This document shows, piece after piece, positions 18,422 to 27,112 of a stretch of DNA of 60,221 bases. The DNA lies in contig CAIOPG010000012.1 in NCBI GenBank assembly GCA_903860135.1, forward strand, positions 1-60,221, given 5' to 3'. The notes below the pieces were generated by a model, which saw only the letters and a program-made list of their open reading frames with translations, was not told where the DNA came from and made no database searches. The DNA is from Candidatus Omnitrophota bacterium (lineage in GTDB: Bacteria; Omnitrophota; Gorgyraeia; Zapsychrales; Fredricksoniimonadaceae). The position numbers were made by a program, and so were the translations under genes. How positions within the stretch are numbered: the stretch's first letter is position 1; each line of letters begins with the position of its first letter.

Positions 18422-19090
18422 ATGAAAACAATAAAAGGATTACTTTGGGTGTTTCTCGTGATCCTCTTTATGACTAAATCTAGTTATGCCTTTATTATGA
18501 ATAAAGATTTGGGTCTTGTGGCCACCATCGAGGCTGCCACTGGTTTGAATTTCCTTACCTTCTCGGTGACGAACAGCTCGGGTAGTGATGTCCTTTCCCC
18601 GGCAGGTTCAACGTTATCTTTCGGTGATCTTATTTACAGCGCGGTCACGGATCCTTTAACACATGTTGTGTCCACTTCCTGGCGATCGGATCACGCATTT
18701 GCCATTGAGATCGCGCCTGTTGGTGGAACGGCTAGTACGATGAATATTAATGTGCAATATAGTGAATTGACTAATCCAAACAGTACGACGAACGGGCATG
18801 GTTTAGGATGGAAGTCAACGGTAACATTTATGAACATTATAAATAATGTCGAATCACCTATAACTGCTCACGGTGGTACCGGCAAGATGCTCCTTAAGGA
18901 TTTGCCAGAATCAGGTGAGGCGGTAACATCCGCACAGATCATTGCTGGATCGTTGCGGATGTATATCGGGATGGTTGCCAAAGATCCATCTGCCGCCATC
19001 CCGGATCCGGTCGATGGTGAGGTGTTCACCAATTTTGATCAGCCTGGTGAATATACTGGGAAATTAACGATTTCAGCCACAGGTTTTTAA
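18422..19090 (+). CDS. secreted protein, putative fibre subunit (paralogue B)
   Basis: Signal peptide ...MTKSSYA. By eye roughly 40-45% identical to the 17609 product, with the same conserved blocks. C-terminus PGEYTGKLTISATGF. Confidence 0.6.
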   Translation: MKTIKGLLWVFLVILFMTKSSYAFIMNKDLGLVATIEAATGLNFLTFSVTNSSGSDVLSPAGSTLSFGDLIYSAVTDPLTHVVSTSWRSDHAFAIEIAPVGGTASTMNINVQYSELTNPNSTTNGHGLGWKSTVTFMNIINNVESPITAHGGTGKMLLKDLPESGEAVTSAQIIAGSLRMYIGMVAKDPSAAIPDPVDGEVFTNFDQPGEYTGKLTISATGF

Positions 19091-19100
19091 GGATAGACCC

Positions 19101-19922
19101 ATGATAAACGCAGGCAAGATAACTTTTAAAGTCATGTTTGTTACGTTAGTGATTTTTGGCTTAACAGCCAGTCAGGCAAGAGCCCAGTATTTTATTGAGG
19201 GGGGCAAGGAAGTGCTTGCAGTGTCAGGTGGTGAGCGTATTAATAAATCTGTCATCATTCACAATTCAACCGCAGAGAATATTTCCTTGAAAGCTTCGTG
19301 GGAAGATTTTCAGTACGAACCCCCTTTTGACGGCACAAAGTCTTTTGTCCCGGCAGGCACAGGCACGCGCTCGCTCAGCCAGTGGATCAGTTTTTCTTCG
19401 ACTCCATTTATAATCCCCCCCTTTGGACAACAGCAGCTCAATTATACGTTAAGTGTGCCAGCGGTAATCAAGGACGGATATTACGGTGTGCTTTTTGTTG
19501 AAAGAGCAGGTGATCCCGAAAATACAAAGACTGGGTTGCAGATCATTACCCGTGTGGGCAGTCTTTTCTTTGTTGAACCTAAGGATGCGGTGAGAAAGGC
19601 TCAGATCCGTGACATCGCCATTGCGGGCACAACGCTCAAAGGGATATTCCATAATCAGAGTACCGTTGTGCTGATCCCTAAGATGACCTATTATTTTATG
19701 GATGAGCAGGGTGTTGTAGCTGATCGGGGCGATATTAAAGCATTATATCTTCCGCCCGATGGAGCGGGCAATTTTGAGATCGCTTTGCCGGCAGGTTTGG
19801 CCATTGGGAAAAACACGTTGGTCATCAATGCCGAGCTTGAAGACAATAATGTTGTTGTCAAAGAAGTGGAAATAACCAAGGATGCCGCGGCTAATCTGAC
19901 GATTTTAAATACACGGGATTGA
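19101..19922 (+). CDS. secreted protein, putative PapD-like periplasmic chaperone
   Basis: Signal peptide ...ASQARAQ. RINKSVIIHNSTAENISLKASWEDF and PFIIPPFGQQQLNYTLSVP...GLQIITRVGSLFFVEP parallel PapD-family patterns (R.i....k..s+.+.N......+q.W+ ; P.+v.PP...l.p...q.lR+ ; lq.a...riKLfyRP). Two-domain length (~250 aa mature). Confidence 0.45.
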   Translation: MINAGKITFKVMFVTLVIFGLTASQARAQYFIEGGKEVLAVSGGERINKSVIIHNSTAENISLKASWEDFQYEPPFDGTKSFVPAGTGTRSLSQWISFSSTPFIIPPFGQQQLNYTLSVPAVIKDGYYGVLFVERAGDPENTKTGLQIITRVGSLFFVEPKDAVRKAQIRDIAIAGTTLKGIFHNQSTVVLIPKMTYYFMDEQGVVADRGDIKALYLPPDGAGNFEIALPAGLAIGKNTLVINAELEDNNVVVKEVEITKDAAANLTILNTRD

Positions 19923-19967
19923 CCATGAAGGTCATGGATCCTTTCTTATGCCTATGGCCGAGATATT

Positions 19968-22847
19968 ATGACCATAAAACAAGCGTTGATTGTCGTCCTT
20001 TCTGGATTGGTTATAATGATATGTCTGACCCCATCATGGGCCAGTAACGCTAATACTTACAAATATTTTATTAATGAAGGTAAGCACGCCATTGAACGCC
20101 GGGATATTCCTAGGGCGCTGCATTGTTTCAAATGGGCGTATCGGATCAATCCCCAGGCATCAGAGCCACTTGATTATCTCAATAATGTGCCTGGCGGTAA
20201 AGCTGTTTTGGATCAGGAAGTGATTTATGCCTCACTCATGGCATCGCGTATCGCCCCTCCGCGCAAATTTCAAGATACGCAAGCACTCATCGACCATATC
20301 AATTTGGTGAAACGCTCCCTGGACAAGATGATACGGCCTGCGGTGACAGTTCCGCCTGTTGCTATGGTGCCTATATCACATCCTGTTACTGAGGCCGTTA
20401 AAAAAGATGAGCCTACGCTCACGGCCACAAAGACTTATACGCGTCAGGGCAAGAAAGCGGTGGAGGATGTCATCCTCCTCGCAGATATAGTCAAAAGTAC
20501 GATACCCAGGCCAACCCTGCGCCTGGAAATCGGCAGAACCATTATTCTTGAAGGCAAAAATATTCAGAAGTTTTTGGTTGTTTCCGGTGAGATCATCGGG
20601 GTCAAGCGGTTGTCGGCCGATCGCCTTCAGGTGGTGGCTGTTATGCGCGGCAGTACCATATTCCACGTTTGGGATGATGCCGGACGAACAACAATCTATA
20701 TGGAGACACTTTTCCCTGATTCTTCTGGGGACAATGGGAATGTGAGGTCTTCGTCGTTTGAACATGCGGCACCGTTCAGGTTCAGTTATTCCAATAACTG
20801 GAGCGGTTATTATATGGCACCGCGCGGTTCGCGCATGAAGCGTCAGGGTCTATCCTTTAACGAAAACGTTGGGGTTAACGGGGAGACGCCGTATGGGTAT
20901 CTAGATTCCTCGGCTTCTCTGTCCGGTTTTAATCCTGTCAGGGATATTCCTGCCTATACCTTGGGCTTGACCGGTATCCCTGTGCCTGGCACAAGGGCTA
21001 TGAGTGTCCGGCTTTTTGATTCGACAAGGTCTTTGTCGCCGCTGAGTATGCCAGGGGCGCATTTACGTGGTGCGTTTGTGGATCTCCAAGCATTTAAGGA
21101 AGCTGTTGGCTTTTCCGTAACTCACGGGCAGTTACAGCCGACTTTTGGTTTTTCCATGTTATCAAGCGCACAGCAATCTTATCTGGATGCTTTTAAGGTG
21201 GTGCTTTTCCCCAATGACCGGGATCATCATTATGCGTTTAATTATGCCCGAGGATCCGGGGCAGATCGCAATACCGCTCTTACTGCGCAGGCTTACTCGG
21301 TCGAAGGTGTTTACAGGATTAACAAGGTGCTTTTCAATGCGGAGCTGGCTCGCGATAGCCGCAATACCGCTTCTATCGGGGGGATGTCCTGGGGCGGCAA
21401 GGGATGGGATTCAGCCTTGAGTTTTAAGAATATCAACAAGAATTTCACAACCGTGACCAGTGCGCCTTCCGGTCAAGGGACAACCAGTATGCTGTGGACA
21501 TCCAATATCAACGCTGAATCATACTCTGCTGGCACCATGCTGGATGTGACCCGGCAAAGGCTTTACACAAATCCGAATAATCCGGATGCGCTGGATTATG
21601 ATGCCAACGCTAACATAAATATCCCGTTGAGTCCGAAACTTGCGTTTGCCAGCCGTGTGCGTTATGTGGATACCGCCGGAGATATATTGCCCCGCCACAG
21701 CATGGGCCTTAACACCGGTCTTACCAGGAACATAGAGGTCTGGGGGGGGCGGAATGGTTCTGTTTATGTGAGCGGAGGGTATCAGGAAAGCACCTATCCG
21801 GATAATCCGACGTCAGATTACCATTCGTATGATGCAGCGACAGGCGTCAATCTTTCGCTGACAAAAAACCTGTCATGGTATCTTAGTTATCAATATTCGT
21901 GGCTCATTGAGGGGCTTTCAGATTTTATGTCGAATCCGATGGCAACAACAACCGGTCTATCGTATAACAGGCAATTCATGGAACGTCTTTCCGGGAATTT
22001 CAGCCTTTCTTATCGTAATGAACAGAGCACCCAAAGCCTCAACAGTTTCATGGCAGGTGAGGATAGTGTTGGTCTGTCCGGTTCGCTGACGTATAATCCC
22101 AAGAATGACCTGAGCTATTTCATTGATTCGAATGTACAGAATGTTTGGTCAAAGGCCGGACAGAGTACATCCTATACCAGCATGGATCTGCGGATGGGGA
22201 TGCGCGGTATCTGGGGTACTTCTCTTGTATGGGATCCCAAAGGGGCTGTGTCAGGTGTGGTTTATAAAGACAAAAACGGCAATGGGAAGAAAGATGAGGG
22301 GGAACCAGGCCTTCCTGATATCAAGGTCAAAGCTGGTGAGAAGGAAGCGATTACGGACAAGGATGGGCGGTACCGCATTGAAGTCAAGGGGAAAAGGGTG
22401 AACGTGACACCGCTGATGGAAACGATCCCGACAGGTTATATTTTTTCGACGCCTTCATTTTTTAAAGTGGATATTCTTCACGGCATTGCGCGGGTCGTCG
22501 ACTTCGGACTGACAACCCAATCAGGGATTTACGGCATTGTGTTTGTAGATAAAAACGGGAACAACCAGCCTGACAGGGGGGATCAGTTTCTTCAGCACGT
22601 CAAGATTTTGCTTGATGGCAAAAAAACTATCATGAGCGATTCACAGGGTACTTATTTTTTCCAGAAAGTTTCCGAGGGCGGGCATAATATTGCCATAGAC
22701 ATGAAAACCTTGCCACAAGGCCTTATCCCTCTTATTAAGATCAAGAATGACATTGTGGTGACTGAGGGCATCAATTATATATTCCATATCCCCATGAGGC
22801 AGAAGGCTGTCGAGCCTCCTATAGAACCACAACGCTCCGAAAAGTGA
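19968..22847 (+). CDS. large outer-membrane protein: TPR-like segment, CpaC/RcpC-type pilus N-terminal domain, beta-barrel, two C-terminal Cna-B/CarboxypepD_reg-like domains
   Basis: Signal peptide ...TPSWASNA. LRLEIGRTIILEGKNIQKFLVVSGEIIGVKRLSADRLQVVAVMRGSTIFHVWDD resembles the 'pilus formation protein N-terminal' domain. A long region has alternating-hydrophobic strands (LSLTKNLSWYLSYQYSW, LSGNFSLSYRNEQ). Two repeats follow: GVVYKDKNGNGKKDEGEPGLPDIKV...TDKDGRYRIE and GIVFVDKNGNNQPDRGDQFLQHVKI...SDSQGTYFF. Confidence 0.6.
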   Translation: MTIKQALIVVLSGLVIMICLTPSWASNANTYKYFINEGKHAIERRDIPRALHCFKWAYRINPQASEPLDYLNNVPGGKAVLDQEVIYASLMASRIAPPRKFQDTQALIDHINLVKRSLDKMIRPAVTVPPVAMVPISHPVTEAVKKDEPTLTATKTYTRQGKKAVEDVILLADIVKSTIPRPTLRLEIGRTIILEGKNIQKFLVVSGEIIGVKRLSADRLQVVAVMRGSTIFHVWDDAGRTTIYMETLFPDSSGDNGNVRSSSFEHAAPFRFSYSNNWSGYYMAPRGSRMKRQGLSFNENVGVNGETPYGYLDSSASLSGFNPVRDIPAYTLGLTGIPVPGTRAMSVRLFDSTRSLSPLSMPGAHLRGAFVDLQAFKEAVGFSVTHGQLQPTFGFSMLSSAQQSYLDAFKVVLFPNDRDHHYAFNYARGSGADRNTALTAQAYSVEGVYRINKVLFNAELARDSRNTASIGGMSWGGKGWDSALSFKNINKNFTTVTSAPSGQGTTSMLWTSNINAESYSAGTMLDVTRQRLYTNPNNPDALDYDANANINIPLSPKLAFASRVRYVDTAGDILPRHSMGLNTGLTRNIEVWGGRNGSVYVSGGYQESTYPDNPTSDYHSYDAATGVNLSLTKNLSWYLSYQYSWLIEGLSDFMSNPMATTTGLSYNRQFMERLSGNFSLSYRNEQSTQSLNSFMAGEDSVGLSGSLTYNPKNDLSYFIDSNVQNVWSKAGQSTSYTSMDLRMGMRGIWGTSLVWDPKGAVSGVVYKDKNGNGKKDEGEPGLPDIKVKAGEKEAITDKDGRYRIEVKGKRVNVTPLMETIPTGYIFSTPSFFKVDILHGIARVVDFGLTTQSGIYGIVFVDKNGNNQPDRGDQFLQHVKILLDGKKTIMSDSQGTYFFQKVSEGGHNIAIDMKTLPQGLIPLIKIKNDIVVTEGINYIFHIPMRQKAVEPPIEPQRSEK

Positions 22848-23076
22848 TCAATTGATTGTTCCTGACCAGTTGCTGTTCCTGCACCAGCGGAAGGTTCTGT
22901 TGTTGAATCGTACTAATTCCGGTTGATGCCTGTTCCGTTTCCTGCGGTATGGTTATCATGCGTGGGAGTGTGACAGAAAGAATGAATGATTGTGTTTCTG
23001 TTACGCCATTGGCCAGAACGAATGTTGGGAAGGAAATGATGATCAACAGCGCGAGGGGGAGTATTTTGTTTAACAT
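22819..23076 (-). CDS. small secreted protein (85 aa), convergent with the outer-membrane protein gene
   Basis: Signal peptide MLNKILPLALLIIISFPTFVLANG and AAGAGG Shine-Dalgarno 8 nt upstream. Its 3' end overlaps the 959-aa ORF by 29 nt. Confidence 0.45.
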   Translation of the reverse strand: MLNKILPLALLIIISFPTFVLANGVTETQSFILSVTLPRMITIPQETEQASTGISTIQQQNLPLVQEQQLVRNNQLITFRSVVVL

Positions 23077-23080
23077 GTCG

Positions 23081-23130
23081 GGCCTCTTTCTTTCAGTAAG
23101 GTTAAGATGAGCCTGAAAGAAAGGACGGCC
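23081..23130 (-). promoter_or_regulatory. Shine-Dalgarno-sequestering hairpin in the leader of the 85-aa ORF
   Basis: On the minus strand: GGCC-GTC-CTTTCTTTCAG, a 16-nt loop, then CTGAAAGAAAG-A-GGCC. The 3' arm contains the AAGAGG ribosome-binding site. Perfect 11-bp stem plus a 4-bp extension. Confidence 0.45.
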
Positions 23131-23328
23131 ACGAGAAAACCCCGGAGGGATATTCTTGATTTCGGCAACCAGACAACCTTTCTCATTAACAGTATGAGTT
23201 AAGGCTCACGGCTTTGCGTCCTACTCTTTCAAGTAGTTTGCCTTTTTCGGATACAAAGAACAGGAGCTGCATGACACAATCAAAGTATAACATTTGAAAA
23301 ATCAAATTGCTATTTTTTATCGGGGGCA

Positions 23329-24927
23329 TTGTTGAATACAGCAAAAGACGTAATTTTCTTTGGATTTGATCGCAAGATACCTTTTTATCTGATGGGCATC
23401 TTCCTGTTCATGATATCGCTGCTGACGTATATCAATGCGTTCACGAACGGTTTCATGTTCGATGATTTCACCTGTTTATTTGGTCAGTATAGTGTCGCGG
23501 GGAGATCTTTTGCTGATATATTCATGCATAATCAGGCTGGTTTCTACCGGCCGGTGGGGCATCTTCTTTTGTGGATCTCGGCGGGCGTATTTGGGAATAA
23601 TGTTATCGGCTATCATGCGGTTAATTTTTGTCTTTTTCTTTTGATGCTTTTCTTTTTTGTGATCATCGCTGAGAAATTAACGCAGAATAGGATGCTGGCT
23701 TTTATGGCGGGGTTGCTGTATGCGGTACATCCGATCAACGGCATGTCGGTCAATTACATAACAGCCTGTAATAATTCGTCGTATGTGTTGCTGATGCAAC
23801 TTAGTTTAATTTCATATATCTATTATACGGAGTCCAGACGGAAGTATTTATATGTACTCAGCTTCATTGGCTTCATATTGGCGTTCCTTGCCCATGAAAT
23901 TGCCCTCTTATTACCATTCTTTCTTATTGCCTATCGTATTGTTTGTAAAGGCGCCCGCTTGAAGCCATCGTTTTATTCGGTTGCTCCTTTTATTGTATTG
24001 GCAGGCTGTTATTTTCTTTTTCGGTCGAATGGAACGGCGGTTTTTGTTCATAAAATAAATATTCCAATAAGTGCGACCGGCGACCTGATGGCATATTTCT
24101 CGACATGGGTGGATCTTATACGCTGGTATTTTACTCAATTGATTTATCCCGCAAAAGTTGTTTTTTTATGGAGTGCCAAGATGGGATCCGCGCGTTTTAT
24201 CGTTAATGCGGCTATATTTCTTCTGGGATCGATCGGGTTTTGTTACTTTATTATAAAGAACGGGAAGAACTGGAAGTCTTTTGCCTTACTTTTATTTCTG
24301 GGGGGGTGCGCACCTACATTTTATAGTTGTTTTGTGTTTTCACCGAAGGTATGGCCTTATTTTGAGCCGCATTGGATGTATTTTTCTCAAATGGGTTTCT
24401 TTATACTGGCTGGCGCTTTCTTCTACTATATAATCAAGAGAAATAGGTTGGTTGGACATTTGTTGATCGTTGCGGTACTGTGTTTGTTTATTGTTTGCTC
24501 CTGGCAGTATAATTCAAAGTGGCGGACGCAGGAGGAGTACTCTCGTTACTGGTTGTCCGTAAATCAGGGGAATTTAACAGCCTTTTATGGGCTGGGAACT
24601 TCTTTGATGGATAAAGGTGATTATGCCGGGGCAGTTGATGTCTTCAGATCGGCCAATACGCTCCTGGGGAATATTTCTGTGGCCATGGCTGTCGCTCTAG
24701 GGCATTGCTATGATGAGTTGGGTAACGGTACAGAGGCATTAGTAATATTTAATACGGTCACTAAAGAGAATCCCGGAAATGCACTTGTTTATCATTATAA
24801 AGGTTTGTACCTGATGAAACGTGGGGATCATGCTTTAGCCAGAGAAGCTTTTTTAAAATCCGTTAAACTGGATCCTAAATTTTCTTTATCGTATCCCTAC
24901 CTTCAGGATACACGCCTGAAGAAATAG
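23329..24927 (+). CDS. polytopic membrane protein with C-terminal TPR repeats (TMTC/PMT_2-like GT-C glycosyltransferase candidate)
   Basis: About 10 hydrophobic segments, an FMFDDF acidic motif in the first loop (GT-C hallmark), and C-terminal TPR-like repeats (GLGTSLMDKGDYAGAVDVF..., YHYKGLYLMKRGDHALAREAFLKSVKLDP). The start is uncertain: TTG at 23329, with ATG alternatives downstream. Confidence 0.55.
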   Translation: MLNTAKDVIFFGFDRKIPFYLMGIFLFMISLLTYINAFTNGFMFDDFTCLFGQYSVAGRSFADIFMHNQAGFYRPVGHLLLWISAGVFGNNVIGYHAVNFCLFLLMLFFFVIIAEKLTQNRMLAFMAGLLYAVHPINGMSVNYITACNNSSYVLLMQLSLISYIYYTESRRKYLYVLSFIGFILAFLAHEIALLLPFFLIAYRIVCKGARLKPSFYSVAPFIVLAGCYFLFRSNGTAVFVHKINIPISATGDLMAYFSTWVDLIRWYFTQLIYPAKVVFLWSAKMGSARFIVNAAIFLLGSIGFCYFIIKNGKNWKSFALLLFLGGCAPTFYSCFVFSPKVWPYFEPHWMYFSQMGFFILAGAFFYYIIKRNRLVGHLLIVAVLCLFIVCSWQYNSKWRTQEEYSRYWLSVNQGNLTAFYGLGTSLMDKGDYAGAVDVFRSANTLLGNISVAMAVALGHCYDELGNGTEALVIFNTVTKENPGNALVYHYKGLYLMKRGDHALAREAFLKSVKLDPKFSLSYPYLQDTRLKK

Positions 24928-24940
24928 GGGGTATTACCTG

Positions 24941-26122
24941 ATGAAAAAGCTTTTATTTGTAACGCATGAACAGTTTTGGCCTTTAAGCGGCGGTTGTACC
25001 GCCGGTAATTTCCATATCCTGAAATATCTTGCCAGCCATGGCTTTGAGGTGACGATTTCAACGCCTCTTTATACGGATGTTTCATCACTTGAAAAAGAGC
25101 ATGGTTTCAAGTTTAAACCTTTTTCGCCTTATTATATGCATCGCGGCATTAAGTTTCGCATCATCAAATATTTGGGTTACGGGATTTTATCTTTATTTCA
25201 TCTGATTAAGATATTTTTGAATAATAAATATGATGTTGTTTATGTCAATAATGCGGTGTTATCATTTCCTTTTTTATTCCTGCGGCCTTTTCTCAAGTCT
25301 TTGCTTGTTATCCGCTATACCGATTTCTTAAGCGGTTTTTTGCATGAGGATAAGCGTTGTTCTTATTGGCTCATTAAAGTATTAATGTATTATGAGTATC
25401 GTATTGCGGCTCTTTTTGATAAAGTCTTTGTCATAACTCCGGCGATGAAGCGTAGTTTATGCGGTAAAGGCAACCTTCCGGAAAGCAAGGTCATTGTTAC
25501 TTTTGACGGGGTGGATGCCGATGTGTTCAATGTAAACAGCTTTGCCGATGCTTTCCGGCAGGTGATCCGCATGGATTTGAATATCCCTTTGGATGTCCGC
25601 GTTGTCATGTTCCATGGCACCGTTGAGCCGCACCATGGCGAAGATATATTAGCTGGTATTATCCTGGAATTATTAAGAAGGGACTTGTCTGTTCATATTT
25701 TGTTGATCGGTGTTGGCTTTAGTCATTTAAGCATAAGGGATGCGTTGAAGGCAGAAGCGAGGGTGTGTATCCTTGATTTTGTTCCGTACGAAAGGATTCC
25801 GTCTTACATCAATGCCAGTGACGCTGGGATAATCCCTTATCCAAAGAATGAGTCAATGGATATGGTCCTGACATTAAAACTTTTGGAGTATTTATCGTTG
25901 GGGGTGCGTTGTATTACTTTTGACCTTGATAGTATAGAAGAAATCTTCGGGCAATATGATTTTGTAAAGATATCACATAGCAGGGGGGCGTTTGTAGATA
26001 ATATTGCTTTTGTTTTAATGGAGGGCAAGTCAAAAGTATCTCCGGGGATCATTCGCCAGGATTTTACATGGGATAAAGTGGCTGAAAAGATGCGCCGGGT
26101 GCTCAGCAGCTACTCTAAATGA
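24941..26122 (+). CDS. GT4-like glycosyltransferase
   Basis: N-terminal MKKLLFVTHEQFWPLSGG and a GT-B-like C-terminal half (VMFHGTVEPHHG..., LLEYLSLGVRCI). Confidence 0.6.
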   Translation: MKKLLFVTHEQFWPLSGGCTAGNFHILKYLASHGFEVTISTPLYTDVSSLEKEHGFKFKPFSPYYMHRGIKFRIIKYLGYGILSLFHLIKIFLNNKYDVVYVNNAVLSFPFLFLRPFLKSLLVIRYTDFLSGFLHEDKRCSYWLIKVLMYYEYRIAALFDKVFVITPAMKRSLCGKGNLPESKVIVTFDGVDADVFNVNSFADAFRQVIRMDLNIPLDVRVVMFHGTVEPHHGEDILAGIILELLRRDLSVHILLIGVGFSHLSIRDALKAEARVCILDFVPYERIPSYINASDAGIIPYPKNESMDMVLTLKLLEYLSLGVRCITFDLDSIEEIFGQYDFVKISHSRGAFVDNIAFVLMEGKSKVSPGIIRQDFTWDKVAEKMRRVLSSYSK

Positions 26123-26132
26123 AAGGTATCTT

Positions 26133-27101
26133 GTGGGTATTGTCAACAGGCTTAAGATAGCCAGTGCTTTTATAATGCAGCAGCCTGTTGTGGCAGGGTT
26201 CCCTGTTGAGATCGGTATCGAGATGACCAATCGTTGTAATCTCAGGTGCAAAATGTGCGCGCGAGAAGCCATGACGCGGCCGGTAGGCGATATGCCGCTG
26301 ACTTTGTTAAAAAAGATCATTGATGAAGTCAGGGGCTATGTTGAAATGATCTATTTGCATGGTGACGGAGAACCTTTGCTGCACAAAGATATCTTTGAGG
26401 CTATCGCGTATGTCAAAGACAGCGGCGTCAAGGTTGCCCTGTCAACCAATGCGACGCTGCTCAATGAGGAAAAGTCACGTCGATTGATCGCTGCCGAACC
26501 GGATTACCTGATACTGGCGATTGATGGTGCCACCAAGCCAACGTATGAAGGGATACGGATCAACGGCTGTTTTGAGGAAGTCGTTGCCAATGCGGAAATG
26601 TTTCTTGATTTGAAGCGCAAGAGTAACAGCCGTATCCATGTTCTTGTGCAGTTCATTGCGATGAAGGAGAACACAGGAGAAGTTACGGCGTTCATTGATC
26701 ATTGGAAGAAATTTAAGCCGGACTGTATCAGGATCAAATCTTGTGTGGACCTTGTCGGCAAGAAAGGGGTAACAACTTTTCAACACCCTTGTTTTTATTT
26801 ATGGCGGCAGATCATGATCGACTGGGATGGTACGGTGTTCCCTTGTTGCGTGGATACAAATTCTCTTCATCATCTTGGGAACCTGGCAGAAGTTCCACTC
26901 GCCGATATCTGGAATGGCTCTCTGCTGCAGGCCATGAGAAAGAAGCACATTCAAGGCGGGCAGGCAGGCATTGATATCTGCAGAAATTGTGATATGAATC
27001 AGTTCACTATATTCACTATGGCGGTAGCAACGTTGGTTGACGGGTATCAGATCAAGAAATATTTGCCTTATTGGGAAAGATTATTCCCCAAGGCCAGTTA
27101 A
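26133..27101 (+). CDS. radical SAM protein with SPASM/twitch C-terminal domain
   Basis: CNLRCKMC (CxxxCxxC) cluster. C-terminal CFYLW...DGTVFPCC...GN...IW...C.NC auxiliary-cluster pattern. GTG start. Confidence 0.85.
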   Translation: MGIVNRLKIASAFIMQQPVVAGFPVEIGIEMTNRCNLRCKMCAREAMTRPVGDMPLTLLKKIIDEVRGYVEMIYLHGDGEPLLHKDIFEAIAYVKDSGVKVALSTNATLLNEEKSRRLIAAEPDYLILAIDGATKPTYEGIRINGCFEEVVANAEMFLDLKRKSNSRIHVLVQFIAMKENTGEVTAFIDHWKKFKPDCIRIKSCVDLVGKKGVTTFQHPCFYLWRQIMIDWDGTVFPCCVDTNSLHHLGNLAEVPLADIWNGSLLQAMRKKHIQGGQAGIDICRNCDMNQFTIFTMAVATLVDGYQIKKYLPYWERLFPKAS

Positions 27102-27112
27102 TTCATTAAAGG

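Noticed and set aside
23131-23328. A ~200-nt non-coding gap upstream of the TMTC-like gene, considered as a possible structured ncRNA or riboswitch.
   Set aside because: I could not recognise any conserved SRP, 6S, tmRNA, RNase P or riboswitch core motif. The only clear structure is the SD-sequestering hairpin, reported separately. The region needs an Rfam scan.
26133-27101. The SPASM radical SAM gene, considered as a RiPP maturase with a nearby precursor peptide.
   Set aside because: The flanking intergenic gaps are only ~10 nt, so there is no room for a small precursor ORF. The neighbours are glycosyltransferases, so a glycan or lipid role is more likely.
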